36,350 nucleotides of DNA. Origin: Candidatus Enteromonas sp. (lineage in GTDB: Bacteria > Bacillota_I > Bacilli_A > RFN20 > CAG-826). Shown here in pieces: positions 1-9,424 of this stretch; the first letter of the stretch is position 1; each line of letters begins with the position of its first letter. The notes under the pieces are model-generated. The model searched no databases. It saw only the letters and a list, made by a program, of their open reading frames with translations, and was not told the origin of the DNA. The position numbers and the translations under genes were made by a program. The DNA lies in assembly GCA_052273085.1 (NCBI GenBank), contig DAVZIW010000002.1:1-36350 (forward strand), given 5' to 3'.

Positions 1-670
1 GACGTGGGTACTTATTTGGGGTCTCTTTTACTTTCTTTAGGAAAATATTAAACCTAAGGCTATTAGAAGAAGGCAAATAATCAGTTATGGCTTTTTCTTT
101 AACTAAGCCTAGGTTTTTTAAATGGGGCTCAGCTAATTTTAATTCTTCTTCACCTTGATTGGATTTCATTGAAATTACATATCCCCCAACCTTAACTAAA
201 GGAGAACTTACTTCACATGTAGTAGATAAAGAAGAGAAGCCTCTAGAGGTAGCAACATCGAAGTAATCCCTATATTCTTTCATGTCTTCGACTCTGCCAA
301 TATGGAAAGAAACATTTGGGATTTGCAGTTCTTTTTTAATAAATTCAAGGAACTGAAATTTCTTAGAAGTCGAATCAATTAGAGTTACTTTTGCACTTGG
401 ATTAGTAAGCGCTATAACCATTCCCGGAAACCCTGCACCAGAGCCAATATCAGCAATTAATTTATTAGAAAAATCAAAAGATTCCATTAAAAGGAGGCAA
501 TCAAAAAAATGCTTTTCGAAGATCTCGCTTTCTTCTTTTATGGAAGTCAAATTCATCTTCGCGTTCCATTCAATTAGGCTAGAAGCGTATGTATTGAACT
601 TATTTTCTAAAGAGGAATCAATAGCAATACCTTTTTTTAATAAAAGTTCTTGCATAGACTTAAAATTCAT
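1..670 (-). CDS. rsmG: 16S rRNA (guanine527-N7) methyltransferase RsmG/GidB; its 3' end runs off the left window edge, so there is no stop in the window and it is absent from the ORF track
   Basis: I translated the minus strand from the ATG at 668-670: MNFKSMQELLLKKGIAIDSS...ADIGSGAGFPGMVIA...SLRFNIFLKKVKETPNKYPR. It carries the SAM-binding GSGAGFPG motif and an RsmG-like TPxKYPR C-terminal motif. The start forms an ATGA overlap with the mnmG stop, and mnmG-rsmG is a conserved gene order. Confidence 0.9.
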   Translation of the reverse strand, partial: MNFKSMQELLLKKGIAIDSSLENKFNTYASSLIEWNAKMNLTSIKEESEIFEKHFFDCLLLMESFDFSNKLIADIGSGAGFPGMVIALTNPSAKVTLIDSTSKKFQFLEFIKKELQIPNVSFHIGRVEDMKEYRDYFDVATSRGFSSLSTTCEVSSPLVKVGGYVISMKSNQGEEELKLAEPHLKNLGLVKEKAITDYLPSSNSLRFNIFLKKVKETPNKYPR

Positions 671-2538
671 TTCTTCATCCTCCTTAGATTCAATAGTAAT
701 ATAGAAATGTCAGCAGGATTAACCCCATAAATTCTAGAAGCCTGGGAGATTGAAGTTGGCCTAACTGTATCTAATTTAGTTCTAGCTTCCAAACGTAATC
801 CATCCATATGTAGATAATCTATATCATTTGGAATAAGCATATTCTCTTCTTTAATTAATAAAGATGCTTCCCTTTCTTCTTTTTTGATATAGCCTTCATA
901 TTTAACAATGGCTTCTAGGGATTGTATTTCTTGATAATCCAAATCAAAATCTTTTAACCCTTCAGTTATTGGACGAATCTCTTCATAATGGAAGAAAGGT
1001 CTTTTTAATACATCATAAGATTTTAAACCAATGGAAGTTGGTTCTCCGCCCTTTTCAATTAAAAGAGAATTTAATTTATCTTTATCGGTAATATTGCTAG
1101 TTTTTAAAGCTTCTATAGTAGCGTTAATGCGAGCATATTTTTCCTTGAATTTTGAATACACGTCCTCGCTAAGTAGACCAATTTCATGTCCTAAATCCAT
1201 TAATCTAGCATCGGCATTATCATTTCTTAAAAGCAAGCGATATTCAGCCCTCGATGATAAAAGTCTATAAGGCTCTTCGGCGCCTTTTGTAACTAAATCA
1301 TCAATCATGACTCCAATATAGGCTTCGCTACGTTTTAATATAATTGGATCTTGCTTATGTAGATATCTACTTGCGTTAATCCCAGCCATTAAGCCAAGCC
1401 CAGCGGCTTCTTCATAACCTGAAGTTCCACAAATTTGTCCAGCAACAAATAATCCTGGAACGCTTTTAACCATTAACGAACGATCAAATTGGAAAGAGGT
1501 CAATGCATCATATTCAATTTGATAGGCGTACTTTAATATTTTGGCATTTTCTAACCCCGGCAATGAATGGACCATGATTTCTTGAATATCATGAGGCATT
1601 CCAGTAGAAAACCCTTGTAGATAAATAGAATTGCCATTTTCAGTTTCTGGTTCTAAAAATAATTGATGTCTAGGCTTATCAGCAAACCTAACAACCTTAG
1701 ATTCAATAGAAGGGCAATATCTAGGCCCATTAGAAGTAATATTTCCATTAAATAAAGCAGAATCTGGAAGATGATTATTTATTATGTCTAATGTTTCTTT
1801 AGTCGTATAAATCAAATAGCAAGGAAGTTGCTTTGAATAATCTCTATTTGTCTTGGGAAAGAAAGAAAAAGTCAAAGGCAAAGTTGAGCCAGGTTGGATT
1901 TCTCCTTTAGAAAAATCAATGCTATCTTTATCAATTCTAGGAGGCGTTCCTGTCTTAAGTCTAAATGTCTTTATTCCTAGCTTATTTAATGAATACGTGA
2001 GGGACGTGGATGCTTTTTCTCCATCTGGGCCACCAGAAAAAGAAGATGTCCCAGAGATGATTCTAGAATTTAAATAAGTACCTGTAGTAACTATTACAGT
2101 CTTGGATTTATAGGTATTTTTATTAGTAGTAACTACAAAAAGATCATCTTCTTTTGTAATAGAAATTGCTTCTTCTCCAACTAGAGTAAGATTAGGAACT
2201 GTAGAAAGAAGATTTCTAATAATCTTAGGATAGAGTTTCTTATCTTGTTGCGATCTTAAGCATTGTACCCCAGGACCTTTTCCGGTGTTCAATATCTTCA
2301 TTTGAAGAGGATTGACATCGGCTGCGGTAGCCATTAATCCGCCCAAGGCATCAATTTCCCTAACAACATTCCCCTTAGCAGAACCCCCAATATGAGGGTT
2401 GCAAGGCATGTTGCCTAACATATCTAGATTCAAACTTAAAAGAAGGGTCTTATTCCCTAGTTTGGCAGTAGCATGGCTAGCTTCAACTCCAGCATGTCCC
2501 CCGCCAATAACAATTGAATCAAAATCAAAAGAAGACAT
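667..2538 (-). CDS. mnmG: tRNA uridine 5-carboxymethylaminomethyl modification enzyme MnmG/GidA
   Basis: 623-aa ORF. It has the N-terminal FAD-binding motif IVIGGGHAGVEA and the MnmG core motif NGPRYCPSIE, and its length is typical for the family. Its ATG overlaps the sufB stop (TAATG). Confidence 0.96.
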   Translation of the reverse strand: MSSFDFDSIVIGGGHAGVEASHATAKLGNKTLLLSLNLDMLGNMPCNPHIGGSAKGNVVREIDALGGLMATAADVNPLQMKILNTGKGPGVQCLRSQQDKKLYPKIIRNLLSTVPNLTLVGEEAISITKEDDLFVVTTNKNTYKSKTVIVTTGTYLNSRIISGTSSFSGGPDGEKASTSLTYSLNKLGIKTFRLKTGTPPRIDKDSIDFSKGEIQPGSTLPLTFSFFPKTNRDYSKQLPCYLIYTTKETLDIINNHLPDSALFNGNITSNGPRYCPSIESKVVRFADKPRHQLFLEPETENGNSIYLQGFSTGMPHDIQEIMVHSLPGLENAKILKYAYQIEYDALTSFQFDRSLMVKSVPGLFVAGQICGTSGYEEAAGLGLMAGINASRYLHKQDPIILKRSEAYIGVMIDDLVTKGAEEPYRLLSSRAEYRLLLRNDNADARLMDLGHEIGLLSEDVYSKFKEKYARINATIEALKTSNITDKDKLNSLLIEKGGEPTSIGLKSYDVLKRPFFHYEEIRPITEGLKDFDLDYQEIQSLEAIVKYEGYIKKEEREASLLIKEENMLIPNDIDYLHMDGLRLEARTKLDTVRPTSISQASRIYGVNPADISILLLNLRRMKK

Positions 2539-3947
2539 TAACCAACTGACCCCACCATGTCCATCTTAATAAGTTGATTAAGCTCAACCGCATATTCCAT
2601 TGGTAGTTCTTTAGAGAACGGTTCAATAAAGCCCATAACTATCATCTGGGTCGCATCTTTTTCAGATAATCCACGACTCATTAAGTAGAATAATTGGTCT
2701 TCGCTAATCTTAGAAACAGTAGCCTCATGTTCGATATAGGAGGCTGAATTTTGTATTTCATTAGTTGGAATAGTATCGCTTCTACTTGCTTCGTCTAAAA
2801 TCAAAGTATCACACTCGACGTGTGATTTAGATCCGATTGCATTAGGTTCGCTACGTACGGTGCCCCTATAATTAGCAACACCGCCACCTTTAACAATGGA
2901 TTTAGAAATAATTGTCGAGGATGTATTCTTTCCTTTATGAATCATTCTAGCCCCAGCATCTTGGAATTGTCCCTTGCTAGCAACTGCTATAGAAATACAA
3001 GTTCCTTTAGCCCTATCACCAGCTAAGATACATCCAGGATATTTCATATTGACCATGGAACCGATGTTTCCGTCTATCCATTCCATCAATCCATCTTCTT
3101 CAACATAAGCACGCTTGGTAACTAAATTAACAATATTATTAGACCAGTTTTGAACAGTCGAATAACGGCATCTAGCACCCTTGCCAACATAGATTTCAAC
3201 AACTGCAGCATGCAAAGAATCTTTTGAATAAATTGGGGCGGTACAACCTTCAACATAATGCAAGTCAGCCCCATCGTCAACAATAATCAAAGTTCTTTCA
3301 AATTGGCCTGATTTTTCATTGTTGATTCTAAAATAAGACTGCAAAGGTTTATCCAAATGCACGCCTTTTGGAACATAGATAAAGCTTCCTCCGCTCCAAA
3401 CAGCGCCATTCAAGGCAGAGAATTTATTATCAGCAAAAGGAACAATCGTATTAAAATATTTCTTAACTAAATCCGGATACATCTGCAAAGCCATATCAGT
3501 AGAAAGGAAGATAACTCCTTTTTCTTCGACTTCTTTTAACATGTTGTGATAGACAACCTCAGATTCATATTGGGTAGAAACGCCTGAAAGATACTTTTGT
3601 TCAGCTTCAGGAATGCCTAATTTAGAAAAAGTATCCTTAATTGTCTTAGGAACTTTATCCCATGTATTCTCTTCTTTTTCACTTGGTCTAGTAAAATATG
3701 TATAAGTATCAAAATCTAAAAAGGATAAATCAGGTCCAAAAGAAGGCATTTTCATAGCCTTAAAAGCACGGTAACTCTTTAAACGGAATTCCTTCATCCA
3801 TTCAGGTTCATGTTTCAAGGAAGAGATTTCCTTAACTATATTTTCATTTAAACCTTTTCCAGTAGAAAGAATGGATACGTCCTTGTTTTTGAAACCGTAT
3901 TTGTATTGTTCATCAACGATTTCGCTAGCTTTAGTCTTATCGTCCAT
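2538..3947 (-). CDS. sufB: Fe-S cluster assembly scaffold protein SufB
   Basis: 469-aa ORF with a SufB/SufD-type C-terminal beta-helix region ([26 protein letters not shown]). An AAGGAG SD sits 7 nt upstream of the ATG. It occupies the last suf position in a sufCDSUB order. Confidence 0.94.
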   Translation of the reverse strand: MDDKTKASEIVDEQYKYGFKNKDVSILSTGKGLNENIVKEISSLKHEPEWMKEFRLKSYRAFKAMKMPSFGPDLSFLDFDTYTYFTRPSEKEENTWDKVPKTIKDTFSKLGIPEAEQKYLSGVSTQYESEVVYHNMLKEVEEKGVIFLSTDMALQMYPDLVKKYFNTIVPFADNKFSALNGAVWSGGSFIYVPKGVHLDKPLQSYFRINNEKSGQFERTLIIVDDGADLHYVEGCTAPIYSKDSLHAAVVEIYVGKGARCRYSTVQNWSNNIVNLVTKRAYVEEDGLMEWIDGNIGSMVNMKYPGCILAGDRAKGTCISIAVASKGQFQDAGARMIHKGKNTSSTIISKSIVKGGGVANYRGTVRSEPNAIGSKSHVECDTLILDEASRSDTIPTNEIQNSASYIEHEATVSKISEDQLFYLMSRGLSEKDATQMIVMGFIEPFSKELPMEYAVELNQLIKMDMVGSVG

Positions 3948-4389
3948 CTTTCTTCTCCTTTAGCAAGCAGTCCATCGCATCCCAACCAATAGTAGCACAA
4001 TGAATCCTGGCAGCTTGTTTTCCTGTGTTCATAAAAGCAAGAGCTTCATCTAGAACGCTAGCATCATATTCTTCCTCATGAAGCATATGGTGATATTGTT
4101 CGATTATGTATTCGGCTTGTTCTTTACTTTTTCCGATTAATAAATCGCAAAGTATATCACTAGATGCAGTCGATATAGCGCAGGCTACCCCATCCCAGCA
4201 CGCATCCTTTACATTGCCGTTTTCATCGTATTTAAGGAAAACATCGATATCATCAATGCAATTAACAGAAGATGAATGGGTAGATAAAAATCCATCTCCT
4301 TCCATTTTGTGTTTATGTCTAGGAGAAGAATAATGATCCATAATGATTTCTCTCATTATTTCAGGAGTGAGTTCAATTGAAATAGGCAT
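3937..4389 (-). CDS. sufU: SufU/IscU-like sulfur-transfer/scaffold protein
   Basis: 150 aa. Three conserved Cys contexts are present ([27 protein letters not shown]), plus an [12 protein letters not shown]-terminal motif. An AAGGAG SD lies 9 nt upstream of the ATG at 4389. The gene sits between sufS and sufB. Confidence 0.85.
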   Translation of the reverse strand: MPISIELTPEIMREIIMDHYSSPRHKHKMEGDGFLSTHSSSVNCIDDIDVFLKYDENGNVKDACWDGVACAISTASSDILCDLLIGKSKEQAEYIIEQYHHMLHEEEYDASVLDEALAFMNTGKQAARIHCATIGWDAMDCLLKEKKDGR

Positions 4390-5608
4390 TTAAGTAATCT
4401 CCTTCACAAGTGGAAACGGCATCAACAAGAGCATCGACATCTTCTTTTGTCGTATATAAATAGAAAGATGCTCTTATCGTAGCAATGGTTCCTAAAAAAT
4501 CTATTAATATCTTAGCACAGTGTTGCCCAGACCTACAGGCGATACCTTTAGAGTTAAGATAAGTTGCAGCATCTTGAGCAAAGACATTATTTACGTTAAA
4601 CGTTACAATGCCCCCCTCGGATTTCTCGTTACAGATGGTGCATTTACCTGTAGCCTTTAACTTTTCAACACAGTATTTCTTCAATTCTTCTTCATGCTTT
4701 TCAATATTATCTAATCCAATAGAATTTAGATAATCAATAGCAGCATGTAACCCAATAATTCCTTCTAGGTTTTGAGTTCCAGCCTCAAATCTAAGAGGAG
4801 GTTCTAGATAATTTACATCCCCACACATATCAAATTTGGCATTCATTCCCCCACCAGTCATGAAAGGTTCCATCTTTGAAAGCAAATCGAATTTGCCATA
4901 TAAAACCCCAATTCCGGTTGGACCACACATTTTATGGCCAGAGAATGAAAGGAAATCGATATCGCTATCTTTAACATCCATCTTTATATGAGGGACAGAT
5001 TGAGCTCCATCAACAACAATTAAAGCACCATGCTTATGGGCAATGTCCGCTAATTCTTTTATAGGAGCGATATAGCCAAGTACATTTGTAACATGGGCCA
5101 CACATACCAATTTGACATCAGGGGTCAACGCTTTTTCTAGATTTTCAGGTGTTAATCTCCCGTCTTTATCAAGAGGAATGAAATCAACTTGGCACCCAGT
5201 CATTTCTGAAACCTTATACCAAGGAAGGACATTTGAGGCATGTTCGGCTTGGGTTAGAAGGATTTTATCGTTCTTAGTTAAATATTTAACCCCATATCCA
5301 AAGGCGACAAGATTAATAGACGCCGTAGTTCCTGAAGTAAAAACAACTTCAGTATCTTTTGAATTAATAAATTTTGCGACTGCCCTTCTAGCATTTAATA
5401 CTTCCATATCCATATTAAAGCAAAGGTCATAATCGCCTCTATGGGAATTGCTAGTTTCTTTCGTGTAATATCTAGAAACTGCCTCTAAAACACAATCAGG
5501 CTTAAAAGTGGTAGAAGCATTATCAAGCCAAACAAGGTCTTTGCCCTGCATCTTGATTTTGTTTCTATACATTGGAAAATCGTTTCTAATTTTATATGGA
5601 TCTAACAT
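4373..5608 (-). CDS. sufS: Cysteine desulfurase SufS (class V aminotransferase, PLP-dependent)
   Basis: PLP-lysine motif SFSGHKMCGPTGIG and active-site Cys loop ACRSGQHCA are present. I moved the start to the ATG at 5606-5608 (MLDPYKIRNDFP...). That ATG has a GGAGGG SD 8 nt upstream and overlaps the sufD stop as TAATG. The track ORF extends 7 codons further upstream. Confidence 0.93.
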   Translation of the reverse strand: MLDPYKIRNDFPMYRNKIKMQGKDLVWLDNASTTFKPDCVLEAVSRYYTKETSNSHRGDYDLCFNMDMEVLNARRAVAKFINSKDTEVVFTSGTTASINLVAFGYGVKYLTKNDKILLTQAEHASNVLPWYKVSEMTGCQVDFIPLDKDGRLTPENLEKALTPDVKLVCVAHVTNVLGYIAPIKELADIAHKHGALIVVDGAQSVPHIKMDVKDSDIDFLSFSGHKMCGPTGIGVLYGKFDLLSKMEPFMTGGGMNAKFDMCGDVNYLEPPLRFEAGTQNLEGIIGLHAAIDYLNSIGLDNIEKHEEELKKYCVEKLKATGKCTICNEKSEGGIVTFNVNNVFAQDAATYLNSKGIACRSGQHCAKILIDFLGTIATIRASFYLYTTKEDVDALVDAVSTCEGDYLNAYFN

Positions 5609-6285
5609 TAAAAACCCTCCTCGATACAAGAAAGTATCTTCTTCCTTAAATCTTCATCGGAGAAATATTCGACAACAGGTTTGAGGTATCCAAGTGTAAT
5701 CAAACGTTTAGCTTCTTCTTCACTTAACCCTCTAGACATTAAATAGAATAGATGGGAATCATTAAGTTTGCCTACTGTAGCACCGTGAGAAGCAATAACA
5801 TCATTTTCGTCAATCTTAAGAACTGGTGAACATTTTCCATCGGCACCTTGGTCGAAGACAATAATCTTAGCTTCTTGTCTAGTGTTTGACTTAACCGCAT
5901 ACTTTTCAATTGAAGAAACGCCAGTAAAAGTTAATTTAGAATTATCTTGGCAGATACCATAGTTAGACATCAAACTGTCGCTTCCTTTTTCTTTATGGAA
6001 ACAAGAAGTCGAGAATATCTTTTTGTCACAATTTTTACTAAGAGAAGATAAGTTCCATTTGCAAGAAGCACCTTCACTTAAATTGACATTAATCTCAAAT
6101 TTTCCTGAACCCTTGGAAAAATCAGCAAAGGCACCTTTAAAAGAACCACCTTTTTTAACATTTACATTGACTTTTGCAATAGGAAAATTAGAAAATGCGG
6201 CGAAATCAAGTTTTAATTCTTCGCCCTCTTCTACCTCAAAATCAAGGTCTTTTATATCATTATCAATAAGTGTTAATTGACGCAT
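5608..6285 (-). CDS. sufD: SufD-like Fe-S assembly protein, unusually short (about 225 aa)
   Basis: The C-terminal region matches the SufB/SufD family ([35 protein letters not shown]). I chose the start at the ATG at 6283-6285 (MRQLTL...), which has an AAGGA SD and lies 5 nt after the sufC stop. The track start at 6321 would overlap sufC by 31 nt. Confidence 0.8.
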   Translation of the reverse strand: MRQLTLIDNDIKDLDFEVEEGEELKLDFAAFSNFPIAKVNVNVKKGGSFKGAFADFSKGSGKFEINVNLSEGASCKWNLSSLSKNCDKKIFSTSCFHKEKGSDSLMSNYGICQDNSKLTFTGVSSIEKYAVKSNTRQEAKIIVFDQGADGKCSPVLKIDENDVIASHGATVGKLNDSHLFYLMSRGLSEEEAKRLITLGYLKPVVEYFSDEDLRKKILSCIEEGF

Positions 6286-6290
6286 ATCAA

Positions 6291-7112
6291 TTATTCCTTT
6301 ATTGCTAATCTTGTAGCACATTCACCAATGGAAACCTTATTCATTTCTTTTTCTTCCTTGGCAATAGAAATACCCAATTCTTTTTGGATCCATTCATAAC
6401 CTTCGGTATCAATTCTCTTGATTATTTCAGGTCCACCTTCAACAGCAATTCTACCATTGACCATGACAGCAGCACGGGTTGGATGAATCATTTCATATAG
6501 ACGCGCATAATGACTAATTACCAAAAAACCTCTGCCATTATCTTGCTCTTCTCTAATATTCTTTGAAACTATTTGCATAGCGTCAACGTCAAGGCCTGAA
6601 TCGATTTCATCAAGAAGAGCAAATTTAGGTTCAAGCAATATCATTTGGAGTATTTCATTTCTTTTCTTTTCGCCTCCGGAAAATCCTTCATTTAGGTTTC
6701 TAGAAGTCATTTCAAAAGGAATACCGACCCTTTCATAAGCTTTCTTTAATTTGGAATAGAATTCAAAAAGAGTAAGAGGTTTTTCTCTTCTAGCATTAAG
6801 AGCAGCTTTTAAGAAGTCACTAGAATTTACGCCAGGTATTTCAACTGGGTTTTGTAAAGCAAGGAACAAGCCTTTCTTATTACGGGTATCAACGCTCATT
6901 GAAAGAACATCTTCTCCATCAAGAGTTATTGAACCACTTGTTACATTAAATTCAGGATTGCCCATAATCGCAGCAAGTAAAGTTGACTTACCATGGCCAT
7001 TAGGACCAAGCAAGGCAAGTGTCTCGCCTTCATTTATTTTCAAATTTACACCCTTTAGGATTTCTTTATCTTTTACCGATACATGCAAATCTTTAATGAC
7101 TAGTTCGCTCAT
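6291..7112 (-). CDS. sufC: Fe-S cluster assembly ATPase SufC (ABC-type)
   Basis: Walker A GPNGHGKST, ABC signature FSGGEKKR and Walker B ALLDEIDSGLD are all present. A GAGGTG SD lies 6 nt upstream of the ATG. It is the first gene of the suf chain. Confidence 0.95.
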   Translation of the reverse strand: MSELVIKDLHVSVKDKEILKGVNLKINEGETLALLGPNGHGKSTLLAAIMGNPEFNVTSGSITLDGEDVLSMSVDTRNKKGLFLALQNPVEIPGVNSSDFLKAALNARREKPLTLFEFYSKLKKAYERVGIPFEMTSRNLNEGFSGGEKKRNEILQMILLEPKFALLDEIDSGLDVDAMQIVSKNIREEQDNGRGFLVISHYARLYEMIHPTRAAVMVNGRIAVEGGPEIIKRIDTEGYEWIQKELGISIAKEEKEMNKVSIGECATRLAIKE

Positions 7113-7348
7113 ACATACACCTCAAAGCGTGTATATTCTAGTCAGTTGAACTCTCTTAAACAACAAAAGTAATAAAAAACTTTTCTAACCAAAGATAAAT
7201 CTTTGTACATTTTTCACTCCTTTTTAGGCATAAAATACCTATATTATGCCCGCACAGGCAATTACGCATAAAAAATTCTTGTAAGATTACTTATTAAAGT
7301 AATATCATTAACACGCTACGTTCAAGACGAAGGAGGAACGAGTCTAGT

Positions 7349-9424
7349 ATGAAAAAAGCCAAACTCACCCTCGGAATTGTTAGTGCATTAGTTGCAACCG
7401 GTGCTTTAGCCGCTTGTAATGAAGTCACTTATAATGAGGGCGTGGTGCTATCTTACACAGACGCCGCAGGTAAAGTTACAAACTATACCGCCGAAGAACT
7501 ATTCGGAAGCTATATGAATTCTAGCAGCGCCGCAAGCACCGCATTTAACAAGGTTCAAGAAGTATTAATCAGAAAATTCTACGAAGAACCATCTCAAGCT
7601 ACCGCACTCGCGGAGTTAAAAACTAAAGCACAAAAGAAAGTCTCGGGTTTAAAGGACCAGGCCGAAACTAATGCCAAGAATAACGGGACCAAATACCAAG
7701 AAGAATTTGAGAAACTCTTGGATAGCGCTGGTGTTGATAATGTCGATCAACTTCTAGACCAAAAACTCTATGAAGAAGAAAAGGACAAATATACCACCGA
7801 CTACTACACCCAACAAAATCTCAATGATATCCGTGATGGCAAAAAGTGGAAAGACCTCGAAGGTTCTGAAGACACCTATGGTCCAGTTACTGAAGGTTAT
7901 CTAAAAGACAAGATGCCATATCACGTGTCCCATATCTTGGTCAAACTTGGAAGTGCTTCGAGCAATGAACACGCCCAAGCCACCATTTCTTCTTCCGAAT
8001 CGAAGAAGTTATCGGATGTCGTTAAGGAATTAGCTGGTGCCGATAGCACTGACGAAACCGGCAAGGCCACTTCTAAGGATAGACTTACATTTGGTAACAT
8101 CGCCTATAACCTTTCTGAAGATGATGGATCTGCAAAAACATATGGTGATCTTCAAATAATGGATAAAGACACCGAATACGTCCAAGAATTCAAGCTTGGT
8201 CTATATGCAGTCGATGCCATTTACAATAAGCAAGCAAATTCCTATGGCGATACCGTTAAGAATAACCTATTACCATCTGCTGATGCTAAGGTTGGAAGTG
8301 ACACTGTTACTTCTTTATTTGAAGCACGTGGAATCGGAACAATCCCTTATGGCGCCTTTGTTGCCTTAGGTGATGATGATGTTTCCTGGGCAAGCCATAG
8401 CAATGGCGAGCCAGACCTCGGATATGAAGTCAATAGCAATTCTTCTACCTTCTATCCGCGCAATGTCTTGTTCAACAAATACATGAACAACCACCAAATC
8501 GCTGTCATTACCCCAAATTCAATTGATTACAATGACTTCCTTGAAGGCACTGCTTCTGTTGCAACCGATTGGGCTGCTTACAAGTCAAGCGAAATTGGAG
8601 CCAATAACCTTCCAGTTACTGCTGGTAAAGCTTCTGCTGCTTATGCTAACTTACCTGGATTCCAAAACGATACCAAAGGCATAATCGATTTAGGTGAAAA
8701 TGTCTTAACAAACGAAAAAGGGCAAATCGTCTTCGCTGTTAGAGCCGGAACTTCTTCCTACCAAGGAATCCACTTCATCACCGTTGACCGTTCTGCCTTA
8801 GCTGAATATGCCACCCCAACCGGTGCCTTAGCTAGCGTCACTGATTATGGCGATGGAAAATCAAATAACGTTACCAGCCTTTCTGAATACTGGACAATGT
8901 TATCTCCATCAAAGGTTGCTACAACCGACGATAAGCTTGGAAATGCTGATTATTATCCTTCCTATAAGAATAGTGATGGAAAAATCGTCGCCAAGACTAC
9001 ATTCGTTAACAAATTCCAATCCTCTGCCGATTCTAATTACACCGAAAGAACTAGCAAGATTTCTAGTGCTGTAAAAGATTACGACAAGAACATGGATACC
9101 TACATGATCCAAGAATTATTGGAAGCCAAGAACACTGATGGAACCAAGAAAATCAACTTCAAGAACGAGAAGATTGGTGATTTAGTCAAGAGCTACATCA
9201 AATCAAAACGTGTCAAAGCCGTAGAAGACAAGCAAGATACCTTCGACGAAGCTTGGATTACCTACGCTGAATACTTACAACAACAAGACGCCGCTAGAAA
9301 AATGAAAGATGATGGCAGCCAACGCTTAATCTCTGAAGTCTGCGCTATCGGATATGGTTCTAATGACGCCAAAGCCAAAACTGGCGACTGGGCCAAGGGA
9401 GGAGCTTGCTACGATGGAAAATAA
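7349..9424 (+). CDS. Large lipoprotein with a PrsA/SurA-like N-terminal region and a parvulin-type PPIase domain that appears to be split by a long insertion
   Basis: Signal peptide plus lipobox (LVATGALAAC). Parvulin-like blocks are present: MPYHVSHILVKL, then GDLQIMDKDTEYVQEFKLGLYAV, and about 190 aa later SSYQGIHFITVDR. An AAGGAGGA SD lies upstream. Codon usage is markedly C-ending. Confidence 0.75.
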   Translation: MKKAKLTLGIVSALVATGALAACNEVTYNEGVVLSYTDAAGKVTNYTAEELFGSYMNSSSAASTAFNKVQEVLIRKFYEEPSQATALAELKTKAQKKVSGLKDQAETNAKNNGTKYQEEFEKLLDSAGVDNVDQLLDQKLYEEEKDKYTTDYYTQQNLNDIRDGKKWKDLEGSEDTYGPVTEGYLKDKMPYHVSHILVKLGSASSNEHAQATISSSESKKLSDVVKELAGADSTDETGKATSKDRLTFGNIAYNLSEDDGSAKTYGDLQIMDKDTEYVQEFKLGLYAVDAIYNKQANSYGDTVKNNLLPSADAKVGSDTVTSLFEARGIGTIPYGAFVALGDDDVSWASHSNGEPDLGYEVNSNSSTFYPRNVLFNKYMNNHQIAVITPNSIDYNDFLEGTASVATDWAAYKSSEIGANNLPVTAGKASAAYANLPGFQNDTKGIIDLGENVLTNEKGQIVFAVRAGTSSYQGIHFITVDRSALAEYATPTGALASVTDYGDGKSNNVTSLSEYWTMLSPSKVATTDDKLGNADYYPSYKNSDGKIVAKTTFVNKFQSSADSNYTERTSKISSAVKDYDKNMDTYMIQELLEAKNTDGTKKINFKNEKIGDLVKSYIKSKRVKAVEDKQDTFDEAWITYAEYLQQQDAARKMKDDGSQRLISEVCAIGYGSNDAKAKTGDWAKGGACYDGK

